From the IMG/VR virus record IMGVR_UViG_3300036713_000542, positions 1 through 42,897 of that record: a stretch of 42,897 nt of DNA. One strand, 5' to 3'. The notes beneath the pieces are model-generated. The model was not told the DNA's origin. It was given only the letters and a program-made list of their open reading frames with translations, and did no database searches. Within the stretch, counting starts at the first letter, position 1; each line of letters starts with the position of its first letter. Positions 6,669 to 16,202 of this stretch are shown in pieces. This stretch comes from a virus. Its lineage: Duplodnaviria > Caudoviricetes. The position numbers were made by a program, and so were the translations under genes.

Positions 6669-8366
6669 GTGATACTGTCTGCCAGCCAATTGCAGCTATT
6701 CCGGGATTGCCCCAGGAAGTGGTTCCTCAAATACGTCTCCAGGCTCCCAGAGACGCCTTCCGCGAATCGCATCCCTGGGAGCGTGGCGCATGCCTGCGCG
6801 GCTGCGATCCTCGAGGGGAAGGACCCCTACAGGGATGGGTGGCAGATCTGCCGCAATCCCTTCCGTCCGTCCGAGATCCAGGGGCAAATCAACGTGCTCC
6901 AGGCGCAGCAGATCCAGACCCTCCTGACCCTGGCGAAGAAGAACGGGATGTTGGTCCGGCACCGGGACCTGAAGACCGAGTGGAAATTCCAGGAGCTGGT
7001 GCCGGGATACCCCAACCCGCAATTCCCCGAGACCATCAAGTTTATGGGGTCTGTGGACTCGGCGAGGTTCTCTTCCGCGACCACCGTCCCGGAAATCACC
7101 GATCACAAATTTACTAAGAATATCAAATATGCGTTGTCGCCCAAGGCGCTGGCCTCGGATGCGCAGATGGCCACCTACGCACACTTCCTCCCTGGAGACT
7201 GGGAGAGCTGCCTGCTGATCCACAACTACTATCAGTGGGATCCGGCAGAGGTGCGGCGGGTGGAGGCGCTGGTCCACAGGGGGTTTGTGGACGAGGTTTG
7301 GCGGGAGCAGATGGTCCCTCAGATAGGCGCGATGGCGGATATGCGGACGTTGTTCGCGGGTCGCTGGGATCCAGCCAAGCCCTTGGAGTCCTTGTCGGAG
7401 ATGCCATCTCCGGTCAAAGGCGCGTGTCAACAGTACGGGGGCTGCCCCTTCCAGCCGATCTGCTCTGGAGTGGAGGGCTGCGAGGCCTACAGGACGAGGG
7501 TAGCAGCCCTAATGAAGAGAGCCGAGCGGGTGGCCGCCGGTCTGCCGGAGATGACCAACGATGAAAAAAAGGAGCTCATGGTGGGATTTCGAGACAAGCT
7601 CAGGAAGATGCAGTCTGCAATCGCGGGAAAGGAAGCGGAGCCGACCGTTCCGTCCTCCGAGGCACAGGCTCCGGCACCTGCGGGTGATCCGGCTCCGAAA
7701 GCAGCGGAGAAAGTCAAAGAGGCTGTGGCAAGCGGCCCGCCCTGGGCGGATCAAAATTGCCGTGCCTGCGAGGGGAAGGGTTTCAACACCGAGGGGACTC
7801 CCTGCCCTATCTGCGTTTTCACCGCTCGTCGCGCTCGACGAGGTCCGCTGCCTGCCGAACTGAAGGACGCGGAGATAGACGCCTGGAGGCAGGCTGTCAT
7901 CGGCGAAGGGTCTGCCCAGAAGGACCGGTCGACGGTGGTTGCGAAGCCCGAGCCGAAGCCCGAGCCGAAGCCCGAGCCGAAGCCCGAGCCGGTGCCTCTG
8001 ACCTACGAGCCCGCCTCCGTGGAGGTAACGTGGACCAGCTCCTCCGAGGAGCCCCGAGACAGGGCTCCTTGGACGGTCTTCGCGATCGACTGTTGCGTGG
8101 AGAACTGGGACGGTCACTGCTCCCTGGACTCGATCCTGCAGCCCCTGAGGGAGAGCATGGCGGCTGCGGCGGGCATGAGCTTCTTCGCAATCGACTTCTT
8201 CAAACGGAAGGACGCGCTGCTGGAGCATTCTGAAAAAATCGCCGACAGGATGGAGGGGCTCGTGGTGTCGGTGACCCGGACGCGGGAGAACGACGAAATG
8301 GTCCTGGAGCTCTCCCGGATCCTGCAGCTGCGGGGAGCTTTGGTGGTGAGGGGGATGCCCCGGTGA
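6669..8366 (+). CDS. PD-(D/E)XK (RecB/Cas4-like) exonuclease with a C-terminal Zn finger and KPEP linker
   Basis: LSASQL..F.DCPRKW, G...H, G.VD, ITDHKF, Q...Y and C..YGGCPF..IC (Fe-S-type Cys pattern); CRACEGKG..CPIC. Confidence 0.88.
   Translation: MILSASQLQLFRDCPRKWFLKYVSRLPETPSANRIPGSVAHACAAAILEGKDPYRDGWQICRNPFRPSEIQGQINVLQAQQIQTLLTLAKKNGMLVRHRDLKTEWKFQELVPGYPNPQFPETIKFMGSVDSARFSSATTVPEITDHKFTKNIKYALSPKALASDAQMATYAHFLPGDWESCLLIHNYYQWDPAEVRRVEALVHRGFVDEVWREQMVPQIGAMADMRTLFAGRWDPAKPLESLSEMPSPVKGACQQYGGCPFQPICSGVEGCEAYRTRVAALMKRAERVAAGLPEMTNDEKKELMVGFRDKLRKMQSAIAGKEAEPTVPSSEAQAPAPAGDPAPKAAEKVKEAVASGPPWADQNCRACEGKGFNTEGTPCPICVFTARRARRGPLPAELKDAEIDAWRQAVIGEGSAQKDRSTVVAKPEPKPEPKPEPKPEPVPLTYEPASVEVTWTSSSEEPRDRAPWTVFAIDCCVENWDGHCSLDSILQPLRESMAAAAGMSFFAIDFFKRKDALLEHSEKIADRMEGLVVSVTRTRENDEMVLELSRILQLRGALVVRGMPR
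7942..7991 (+). repeat. 12-bp coding tandem repeat (KPEP x4)
   Basis: CGAAGCCCGAGC repeated. Confidence 0.9.
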
Positions 8367-10273
8367 TCGATCCTGAAGTCCAGAGGATCCTGAACCTCCC
8401 CAGCTTCCGTCCGATCTCCGAGACGGAGGCAGAGGCTCTGAGCTGCCACCTCGTGCGCCCTGAGGCACGGGAGGAGGGTTTCTCCCTGAGACCTATCCAA
8501 GCAGAGGCTGTGGTGGCGTTCGCCTCCTACCGGGGTCTGCTGGCTCCCATAGGCGTGGGGCAGGGGAAGACTCTGATCTCCCTGCTTGTGGCCCATGTCG
8601 CCATGCAGTCGCCGGGCAACGTCTCCAAGGCGCTGCTGCTGGTGCCCGCCTCCCTGCTGCCGCAGCTCTTGCTTGCGGACATCCCCCAGGCCCGGCAGTG
8701 GTGCGACCTCGAGTACAGGGTCCACGTCCTCTCCGGGATCCCCAAGGCGAAGCGCCTGGAGCTGGCAGCCTCCGGCAAGGCGGGTTTGTACGTGGCGAGC
8801 CACGATGTACTGTCGACGCAGGACGGGGAGCAGCTCCTCGAGGACGTCTGCCCTGGTCTGGTGATCGTGGACGAGTGCCACGCGTTCGCCCGCTTCTCTG
8901 CAGCGAGGACCAAACGCCTGGCGCGGTTCGTCAGGAAGAACCAGCCGCAATTCGCCGCGCTCTCTGGGACCATCACCTCCCGGTCGATCCGAGACTACTG
9001 GCACCTCGCGAAGTGGGCTCTGGGCTCTGGGAGCCCGCTCCCCCTGTGCTCCTCTGATGTAAACTCCCTCGCATGCCTGCTAGATCCGGACGGAGAATGG
9101 GGCACTAGAGAGGTATGTCAGTGGAGCCCCTTGTGGGAGCGGTCGGGGCAGATATTCGCGGTAGACGCAGAGACACCCGACAAGGCCCGAGCAGCTTTCC
9201 GGGACCGGCTCCGATCCGCTCCAGGAGTGGTGTGCTCCGCTGTCGACGACCTGGGCTGCAGCCTGCGCGTGGAGAATCTGAAGATCCGGTCGCCGAACGA
9301 GACGGTGCGGGCTATGGAGCAAAGGCTCCGGACGGCTTGGACTGCCCCGGACGGCAGGGAGCTGAGCTACATCCTGGAGGCCCACAGGTACTTCGAGCAG
9401 CTGTCGGCAGGCTTCTACTACCGGGAGGTCCCTCCCCCCACGGCCAGTTCCGAGCAGATCCTGCTAATGAACGAGAGGAAGCACTTCAGAAACCAGTACT
9501 TCTCCTCGATGAGAAAGTACCTGCAGATCCATGGCAGGAAGGGCCAGGACACGCCCGCCCTGGTGGAGCGGCTCTTCGTGGTGGACGAGGACGAAGAGAC
9601 TCGAAAGCTGACTCCAGAGCAGCAGGAGCTCCTCGAGCTGTGGCAGCTCCTTCACTCGGATAGATTCCGGGATCTCCCAGAGTTTCTGCGGGTGGGCACG
9701 CCGGTGGACAGCTTCAAGGTTTCGGCGGCGATGGCCCTTGCGGCCCGGCTGACTGCTCGAGGAAAGTCGGTGCTGGTCTGGTACAAGCACCGGCTGGTGG
9801 GAGAGTGGCTCCAGAGCATCTCCCCCTCCCCGGAGGCTGCCAAGTTCGGAGGCTTTCGGACCGCTTACGTGGAAGCCGGTCAAGACGAGGACGCGGCTCG
9901 GGTCAATGCTCTCGCGCTGGAGGGGAAGCCGGTGCTGGCGGTGATTTCCGTTGCGCACCGCGAGGGGAAGAACCTGCAGGGCTTCCACCATTCGGTGGTA
10001 GTGGAGTGGCCCCGGTCGGCTCGTGCTGCGGAGCAGTTGATAGGCCGCACCCACAGGATGGGCCAGAAAGCAGATACCGTCCACATCTACAGCTGCCTCC
10101 AGTCGGAGTGGGATTTCGCGAAGCAGGCAGCCTGCCTGGCAGACGCGGCCTACGTCCAAGAGACTACCGGGGTGCAGCAGAAATTGTTGTTTTGTGATTT
10201 CGTGAATCCTCCGGCCAAATTGGATCCGAGGATCGCCAAACAGTATGGATTTGATATCGACAAAGGGGAATGA
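8363..10273 (+). CDS. SF2 (SNF2-like) helicase
   Basis: LRPIQ, GVGQGKT, VIVDECH, ALSGT, EGKNLQ and QLIGRTHRMGQ motifs. Confidence 0.9.
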   Translation: MIDPEVQRILNLPSFRPISETEAEALSCHLVRPEAREEGFSLRPIQAEAVVAFASYRGLLAPIGVGQGKTLISLLVAHVAMQSPGNVSKALLLVPASLLPQLLLADIPQARQWCDLEYRVHVLSGIPKAKRLELAASGKAGLYVASHDVLSTQDGEQLLEDVCPGLVIVDECHAFARFSAARTKRLARFVRKNQPQFAALSGTITSRSIRDYWHLAKWALGSGSPLPLCSSDVNSLACLLDPDGEWGTREVCQWSPLWERSGQIFAVDAETPDKARAAFRDRLRSAPGVVCSAVDDLGCSLRVENLKIRSPNETVRAMEQRLRTAWTAPDGRELSYILEAHRYFEQLSAGFYYREVPPPTASSEQILLMNERKHFRNQYFSSMRKYLQIHGRKGQDTPALVERLFVVDEDEETRKLTPEQQELLELWQLLHSDRFRDLPEFLRVGTPVDSFKVSAAMALAARLTARGKSVLVWYKHRLVGEWLQSISPSPEAAKFGGFRTAYVEAGQDEDAARVNALALEGKPVLAVISVAHREGKNLQGFHHSVVVEWPRSARAAEQLIGRTHRMGQKADTVHIYSCLQSEWDFAKQAACLADAAYVQETTGVQQKLLFCDFVNPPAKLDPRIAKQYGFDIDKGE

Positions 10274-10274
10274 A

Positions 10275-10775
10275 ATGCCTGTGAATCCTTTCGCCAAGCA
10301 AATTTTCGCCGGAATGAAGGATGCCGAGGTCAGGGCCGGACGGGACCGCCCCGGCAGGTACTGGCAGCGGATCGACCAGATGAAGGTCGGCATGTCTCAC
10401 AACGGACGTGCTTTCTTCAGCGTGGAAAAGACCACTGTGCGGGTGCTCGAGGGCTCCATGACGGTGGGCCTGGGTTCGGTTCAGGTCTACTCGAAGGCCT
10501 CCTATACCTTCTTCGAGGACGTGAAGGGGCTCCTGGGGATCCTCACGGACACGCCCGCAGTGGAGATCTCCGAGGACGATGCGCTCGCTGTGGTGGACGA
10601 CGCTCAGCCCCTGCGGTATCAGACCCTGGAGCTGATCGTGGAGGCCAGCGACAACCCGAAGTATCCGAACGTCGTGCCGCTTCGGCGGGTGCCTGCCGCA
10701 GAGTTGCGGAAAGAACTCCCTGCGGACGTGATCAATAAGTACTACCCCGATAGCATTCTGGACCGGATGGAGTAG
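10275..10775 (+). CDS. Hypothetical protein, possibly ssDNA-binding
   Basis: Sits between helicase and polymerase. AAGGGG RBS before ATG 10275. Function inferred from position only. Confidence 0.6.
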   Translation: MPVNPFAKQIFAGMKDAEVRAGRDRPGRYWQRIDQMKVGMSHNGRAFFSVEKTTVRVLEGSMTVGLGSVQVYSKASYTFFEDVKGLLGILTDTPAVEISEDDALAVVDDAQPLRYQTLELIVEASDNPKYPNVVPLRRVPAAELRKELPADVINKYYPDSILDRME

Positions 10776-10777
10776 AC

Positions 10778-13558
10778 GTGGAGGACATCAACAATTGCGC
10801 AGTCGAGACGATTTCCGTGGGCGGGTGCTGCGCTCTGCTGGGAGGGGGGACCTCTGCCGCGAGCCAGTGCTCGACATCGGCAAAATTCCGCATCCGCTCC
10901 GAGTGGGCATGCTTCTTTCTGTGCCCGAGCTGCTTCGAGCGTTGGAAGGAGGATGGCCGGGAGAGCAAGTCGACCATCAGTTACCTGGAGGACGAGGTGG
11001 CGGCAGCCGAGAGGAGGGAGGAGGAAGCCTCGGACGCGCTGCACTTCGCTGAGGACAAAATCTCGGATCTGGAAGCGGAGATATCCGGTCTCCAGGGACG
11101 GGAAGAGGACTTGATTTCGGAGCGGGACGACCTTCAAATTCAAGTGATAGATCTTCGGACAGAACTGGATAAGGAGCGAGACCAGTGGAAGAGCCCCTGT
11201 TCGCCGACCAGCCCTCCAGAGCAGCAGGATACCCCGTCTGCAAGTGTGGAGGAGACAGATTCCAAGCTGTCGGAGTCCGGATCCCTCCCCGAGGTTGTGT
11301 CCGATCCTGGAGACCTGGACCCCAGCCCATGCTCGAGTGCGTCCGATGTTTCCGAGTCCGATACTACTACAGCGCGGGGAAGGTCCAATACAACCCCCTC
11401 ATCGGAGACGATGGGAGATTCGACTTCTGAGCCCCGCTACGACGCTCCGGAGGATCGCACGGACGCTCTGCGGGGAGGTGTTGTGTGCTTCGACACAGAG
11501 ACCCGCCCCATCGGACCGGGAGCTGTGGTCCCTGAGCTGGTGTGCGCGTCGTTCTGTGGTAGCGACGGCTACGCCTTTGTGACCTCCCACCCAGAGGAGA
11601 TCCGCTCCGTGTTGGAAGACCTGCTGAAGCGCCCCGACGTGAAGATCCTGGGGCATTCGCTGGCGTTCGACCTCTCGGTTATCCTCCAGGCCTTTCCCGA
11701 CCTCCAGGACCTCGTCCTCGCCGGGCTGGATTCGGAGAGATTCTTGGATACCAAAATCCGGGAGATGCTCCTGAACCTCGCGGAACACGGACAAATCTCG
11801 GAGATCGACAACCCGGACGGCACCCAGACCAGGATCAAATACACGCTGGCCGCCCTGGTGAAAAAATACCTCCACCGGGACATTTCCGGGACCAAGGAGC
11901 AGGGATCCTGGCGCGTGAACTACGACCTGCTCGCGCATATCCCTGTGTCCGAGTGGCCCCCCGCTGCCGTGGAGTATGCGGAAGACGACGTGCGTCTCCC
12001 CCTGTCGGTCTACGCGGAGCAGGAAGGGAGGAGGGAGAAGGTCCTCCATGCCATCGGCTGCGACCCTCTGGATACGCAGGATTTCCGGGTGGCTGTGGAC
12101 TTCTGCCTCTATCAGATGGGGGCGCGGGGGCTGGCGGTCGATCCGGAAGCCAAGGCGGGTATCGCGGAGAAGCTCGAGGCAGAGCTGGCTCCCGAGAAAC
12201 TCTCCAACCTGATCGCTTCCGGGATTCTCCGTCCAGCCGCCCCTTCGCAGCCCTACAAAGGAGGGCAGATCGACCATGAGGAAGGCTGTCCCCAGATCGG
12301 AAAAAAAGGCAGAAAGACCTGCGAGTGCCCGCCCAAAATGAAGAAGGCAAAGAAGGAGTCGGTAGACTCCAAGAGGCTCCGGGCTCTGGTGGAGGAGGTC
12401 TGCTCGCAACATGGGATCCCTGTCAGGAAGACTCCCAAGGGGAAGACCTCCACGGACGCGCAGTTTTTCGAGGACCACGGGCATCTGCACCCGGTACTTC
12501 AAGAGTACCAGCACCGGCAGAAGCTCCAGAAGGTCGCGACTACGGAGCTCCCCCGGCTCGAGTGGCCGAAGGGCTCCGGGCAAACCGCCGAGCGGGTCCA
12601 CCCGAACTTCCTGCCGCTGAAGGAAACCGGTCGCATCTCGAGCTTCGGGGGCAGCCTCTATCCGAGCTTAAATATCCAAAACGTCGACCCTCGTGTGAGG
12701 GGCTGCCTGGTCGCGTCACCCGGCTACCGGCTCTGGTCTTGGGACTACTCTCAGATCGAGCTATGTACGCTGGCGCAGCGGGTCATAGACCTTTGCGCGG
12801 ACAGCAAGCTTGCCCGTCTTATCAACGCCGGAGTGGATGTCCACGCATACCTGGGAGCGCAGATCGCTAAGCGGAAGTGCGAGGAATTCCAGAAGGATCT
12901 GCGGGCGGAAGTCCGGCCTGGGTGGGGGGCGATGGAGGATTATGAGCTGTTTCTGAGCTGGAAGGAGCGGAACACGGCGAAGCAGGAGAGGTATGCCTAC
13001 TACCGAAAGGCCGCCAAGCCTGTGGGCCTGGGTCTGCCTGGAGGCATGGGCATCAAAGGTCTAGTCAAGTATGCTCACGGGTACGGCATCGACATCTCCG
13101 AGGAAGGTGCCAAGGAGCTGGTCGATATCTGGCACCAGACTTTTCCGGAGATGTCCACCTACTTCGATCTGGTCAGGAATACCATGGTAGATCCTCTGCA
13201 CTTCGACGACCGGGGGCCGAGGTTCCGCTACCTGTCGGACCTGGGGATGTACAGGTCTAACATGCGGTATACCGCATGCTGCAACGGCTTCGCGCTGCAG
13301 ACCACGGCAGCCGAGGGGGCTCTCCTGGCTTTGGTCGACTTGCAGAAGCGGATGATGGACCAGGGGGACCTCCTGGGTGGGGGGAACCTGAGGCTGGTCG
13401 CTATGATCCACGACGAGTTTCTGGGGGAGATCCGGGAGGGCGTGGTGCAGGAAGCGGTCTCTGCTCAGGTCGTGGAGGAGATGGTTCGGGGGATGGCACA
13501 GTTTGTGCCTGACGTGAAGATCCGCGTGAAGGCGAAGAGCCTCGAGAGGTGGGAGTAG
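10778..13558 (+). CDS. polA: Family A DNA polymerase with 3'-5' exonuclease and a long N-terminal extension
   Basis: ExoI CFDTET, ExoII GHSLAFD, ExoIII YAEDD; ETGRISS, NIQN; motif A DYSQIEL; motif C IHDE. True start is uncertain. Confidence 0.92.
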   Translation: MEDINNCAVETISVGGCCALLGGGTSAASQCSTSAKFRIRSEWACFFLCPSCFERWKEDGRESKSTISYLEDEVAAAERREEEASDALHFAEDKISDLEAEISGLQGREEDLISERDDLQIQVIDLRTELDKERDQWKSPCSPTSPPEQQDTPSASVEETDSKLSESGSLPEVVSDPGDLDPSPCSSASDVSESDTTTARGRSNTTPSSETMGDSTSEPRYDAPEDRTDALRGGVVCFDTETRPIGPGAVVPELVCASFCGSDGYAFVTSHPEEIRSVLEDLLKRPDVKILGHSLAFDLSVILQAFPDLQDLVLAGLDSERFLDTKIREMLLNLAEHGQISEIDNPDGTQTRIKYTLAALVKKYLHRDISGTKEQGSWRVNYDLLAHIPVSEWPPAAVEYAEDDVRLPLSVYAEQEGRREKVLHAIGCDPLDTQDFRVAVDFCLYQMGARGLAVDPEAKAGIAEKLEAELAPEKLSNLIASGILRPAAPSQPYKGGQIDHEEGCPQIGKKGRKTCECPPKMKKAKKESVDSKRLRALVEEVCSQHGIPVRKTPKGKTSTDAQFFEDHGHLHPVLQEYQHRQKLQKVATTELPRLEWPKGSGQTAERVHPNFLPLKETGRISSFGGSLYPSLNIQNVDPRVRGCLVASPGYRLWSWDYSQIELCTLAQRVIDLCADSKLARLINAGVDVHAYLGAQIAKRKCEEFQKDLRAEVRPGWGAMEDYELFLSWKERNTAKQERYAYYRKAAKPVGLGLPGGMGIKGLVKYAHGYGIDISEEGAKELVDIWHQTFPEMSTYFDLVRNTMVDPLHFDDRGPRFRYLSDLGMYRSNMRYTACCNGFALQTTAAEGALLALVDLQKRMMDQGDLLGGGNLRLVAMIHDEFLGEIREGVVQEAVSAQVVEEMVRGMAQFVPDVKIRVKAKSLERWE
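11185..11430 (+). CDS. Small Cys-rich (CKC...CVRC) protein nested out of frame in the polymerase ORF
   Basis: AAGGAG RBS at ~11171, 8 nt before the GTG. Coincides with a low-complexity Ser/Pro stretch in the polymerase frame. Confidence 0.6.
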   Translation: MEEPLFADQPSRAAGYPVCKCGGDRFQAVGVRIPPRGCVRSWRPGPQPMLECVRCFRVRYYYSAGKVQYNPLIGDDGRFDF

Positions 13559-13559
13559 C

Positions 13560-14375
13560 GTGAAAAAGGGGGCTGAAGGGAGGGTTCCTGTGACCTTTCA
13601 GACTCTACTCCTTTGGAAGGGAGTGGACCTGGACGAGAAGGTATCCATAGCTCTGGAGACAATCCGACAATATGCTCCCAAGGAGGGGTACTACGGGTGT
13701 TTTTCCGGAGGCAAGGACAGCGTGGTGGTAAAAGATCTCGTCACGAGAGCAGGAGTGGGAGCGAGCTGGAGCTATAACGTAACCACTATCGACCCTCCAG
13801 AATTGTGCAGAAGCATCCGCAGGCACCACCCGGAGGTGGTATGGCAGAAGCCCAAAAAAAGTCTATGGAAAGCTGTGGCAACTAATGGTCTTCCCACTCG
13901 AAGATTGCGGTGGTGTTGCAAATTGTACAAAGAGAGATGGGGAACCGGAAGAGTAAAGCTGACGGGGATAAGGGCCGCTGAGTCCTCCAATCGAAAAGCC
14001 TCGTGGTCCACTATCACCAAATCCCGAAAGGGAGGATGGTTCGTAAACCCTATTCTATTTTGGACAGACGAGGATGTGTGGGAATACATCGAGAGAGAAA
14101 GGCTCCCTGTTTGCGGTCTGTATTCCGAGGGATGGAAGAGGCTGGGGTGCATCGGGTGCCCCTTCAATTCTCGACGAATAGAGCAGTTTAAAAGGTGGCC
14201 CCTGTTTGAGAAGGGGTGGAGAAAGGCTGCCCAGTCTCGATGGGACCGAATGATAGAGAGGAAGCTGAACAACAGAACCTTGAGGACTTTTCGGGATTCT
14301 GGGGAGTGGTTCGAGTGGTGGCTCTCGAACAAAAGCATGCCCGCAGATCCTGGATGTCTTTCGTCTTTTGTCTAA
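13560..14375 (+). CDS. PAPS-reductase-family (PP-loop) protein
   Basis: FSGGKDS, RWCC..YKE, TGIRAAES..R, NPILFWT..DVW.YI and RLGCIGCP motifs. Confidence 0.9.
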   Translation: MKKGAEGRVPVTFQTLLLWKGVDLDEKVSIALETIRQYAPKEGYYGCFSGGKDSVVVKDLVTRAGVGASWSYNVTTIDPPELCRSIRRHHPEVVWQKPKKSLWKAVATNGLPTRRLRWCCKLYKERWGTGRVKLTGIRAAESSNRKASWSTITKSRKGGWFVNPILFWTDEDVWEYIERERLPVCGLYSEGWKRLGCIGCPFNSRRIEQFKRWPLFEKGWRKAAQSRWDRMIERKLNNRTLRTFRDSGEWFEWWLSNKSMPADPGCLSSFV

Positions 14376-14381
14376 GGAGAG

Positions 14382-14732
14382 GTGGGAGTGATGAGACCGC
14401 TCGAAGAGAAGTACGAGAGGGAGAAGATAGAGTCCTTGGAGCGGAAAGCGGAGAGATCCCGCCGCGAGGTTATCAAGCTTTCCGCAGGCAGGGCTCAGCT
14501 GGAGCTGTTCCGCACCCGGATCCTCGAGGCCCGGAATCTGCTGCCGAGGGAGTCTCTGGCTTTCTGCAGCGTGGCTCGGAGCTACGCGGAGCTGGTGCGC
14601 ATCGTGGAGGTATCTGCCGCAGAGAGCTTCGTTCGAGAGGAGGAGATTCTTGCTCAGATAGCTGAGACCTCTCATGAAATCCAGCAGATTCGACAAGCCT
14701 TAGGGCTGGAAGAGGAGCCCGACCATGACTGA
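14382..14732 (+). CDS. Coiled-coil hypothetical protein
   Basis: AAGGAG RBS, operon packing, charged helical composition. Confidence 0.7.
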   Translation: MGVMRPLEEKYEREKIESLERKAERSRREVIKLSAGRAQLELFRTRILEARNLLPRESLAFCSVARSYAELVRIVEVSAAESFVREEEILAQIAETSHEIQQIRQALGLEEEPDHD

Positions 14733-15273
14733 CATCTACCTGGGCTGCGACCCTGATCTCCGGCACACTGCCATCGCTCTGCTGTTTTCGGATCCGAACG
14801 AAACGCCGATCCTGTACCAGTGCGACGTCCCCAAAAAGCTCCGGGGAGCCGACGCCTGCAGAGCCTCCATGGTGGCTGTGAGGGACTTTTTCCTTTCCCT
14901 CCGTCCTCCGGCTTGGGCAGGAGTGAAAGCCGCTGCCGTGGAGTCCCAGGAGCTGTACAGCACCGGGCCGAAGGCCGCGCACCGGATCGCCCCTCAGCCC
15001 ATGATCTGGCTCGCCCAGATCTGCGGCAACGTCCTGGGCCACTGTCAGCAGCTGCACAGAAACGTGAAGTTGTACTGCCCCGCCCCGAAGGAGTGGAAGG
15101 GACAGGTGCCGAAAGGAGTCTTCCACGAAAGGATCCGCAGCCGCCTCCACAAGGTCGAGAGAGACGCTGTGGCGAAGTTTTCGAAGAGCCGGAGGTCCCA
15201 TGTGCTCGACGCCTGCGGCCTCGCTTTGTGGGCGCGGAAAATGCACGAGGACGAGATGCGGAGGGGAGGATGA
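14725..15273 (+). CDS. RuvC-like Holliday junction resolvase
   Basis: YLGCDPD, AVESQ, P.EWKG and HVLDACGLA acidic-residue pattern of the RuvC fold. Confidence 0.78.
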   Translation: MTDIYLGCDPDLRHTAIALLFSDPNETPILYQCDVPKKLRGADACRASMVAVRDFFLSLRPPAWAGVKAAAVESQELYSTGPKAAHRIAPQPMIWLAQICGNVLGHCQQLHRNVKLYCPAPKEWKGQVPKGVFHERIRSRLHKVERDAVAKFSKSRRSHVLDACGLALWARKMHEDEMRRGG

Positions 15274-15276
15274 CCC

Positions 15277-15501
15277 GTGGCACTGTCGGATAATCTGCGG
15301 AGGTGTCGGGAGCGGCTGCAGCTCTCCATCACCGCTATTTCTGGTGACTGGGCCAGGAAGCACGGACACGGAAAGGACGCCTGCCGCGTCCGGTGGCATC
15401 AATACGAATCGGGAAGGACTCTCCCCTCTGTGGAGACTCTGCTGGAGCTGGCGGAGGTGCTGGGAGTGGAACCGGGGGAACTATTGGGAGATCGAAAATG
15501 A
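15277..15501 (+). CDS. XRE-type HTH protein
   Basis: LSDNLRRCRERLQLS...YESGRTLPSVETLLELAEVLGVEPGELL. Confidence 0.88.
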   Translation: MALSDNLRRCRERLQLSITAISGDWARKHGHGKDACRVRWHQYESGRTLPSVETLLELAEVLGVEPGELLGDRK

Positions 15502-15680
15502 AGAGCAAAGAACTGTGGGAGATCCACGAGACACTGAAACAGGTGGTGCGGGACCTGATCGACCTGGACCATCGAGGGACTGTGGAGCTGGCGGTATGCG
15601 CCGCGCATCTGGCCTACAAAGTCAAGGACCTCGCCGGGTGCTTCGACCTTTCGGAGGAACTGGAGAAGGAGCTGCGTTGA
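15498..15680 (+). CDS. Hypothetical protein, 60 aa
   Basis: GGAG RBS and ATGA overlap with the upstream gene. Confidence 0.65.
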   Translation: MKSKELWEIHETLKQVVRDLIDLDHRGTVELAVCAAHLAYKVKDLAGCFDLSEELEKELR

Positions 15681-15682
15681 AA

Positions 15683-15991
15683 ATGGTGGAAAAAAAGGCG
15701 GAGGAGTTCGATCGACAAGTGGCATGGGTGCTCATGGTGGGCCTGCTGCTGTTCGGTCTGCTGGCTACAGGGAGCATGCTGGCTTCGGAAAATTCGACTA
15801 AAGGCGAGGAGCCCTGTTCTCAGTGCCAGGAGCTGCAGCGCCAGCTGGACAGGCTCATGGACGTCCACGAAGACCTGCTGCGCACCACTCCGGAAACGCT
15901 CTGGATGCCGTACTGCCCGCACCAGTGCGTCTACTGCGACCAGGCCGTGTGGGAGGACGCCATGGAGCTGGCCAGGAGGTGGGAGCGTTGA
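15683..15991 (+). CDS. Membrane-anchored Cys-rich protein
   Basis: AAGGAG RBS; hydrophobic VAWVLMVGLLLFGLLA segment; CxxC motifs. Confidence 0.65.
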   Translation: MVEKKAEEFDRQVAWVLMVGLLLFGLLATGSMLASENSTKGEEPCSQCQELQRQLDRLMDVHEDLLRTTPETLWMPYCPHQCVYCDQAVWEDAMELARRWER

Positions 15992-16034
15992 ACCTCGCCG
16001 ACCGAATCCGCCCCCTCGGAAAGGAGATCGAAGC

Positions 16035-16202
16035 ATGAGCAACACCAACATCTACGTGACCTTCGCGTGGCGTCGGGCTGACGCTTACACCATCCCCCGC
16101 ACCATTGTAGGGGATCTGCACGCTTACGGGGCGTGCGTACATCCTTGCCCCCTTTGCGCCCGTACCGGGAGATACGACGGGAAGTACATGCCAGGGTGCT
16201 GA
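16035..16202 (+). CDS. Small Cys-rich protein, 55 aa (below the ORF-track cut-off)
   Basis: AAGGAG at 16021. Hand translation gives MSNTNIYVTFAW...CVHPCPLCARTG...PGC*. Confidence 0.55.
   Translation: MSNTNIYVTFAWRRADAYTIPRTIVGDLHAYGACVHPCPLCARTGRYDGKYMPGC

Noticed and set aside
4973-6689. Minus-strand ORFs sharing a PVFPGC peptide
   Set aside because: These are translations of the reverse complement of the 24-nt repeat, not a protein family.
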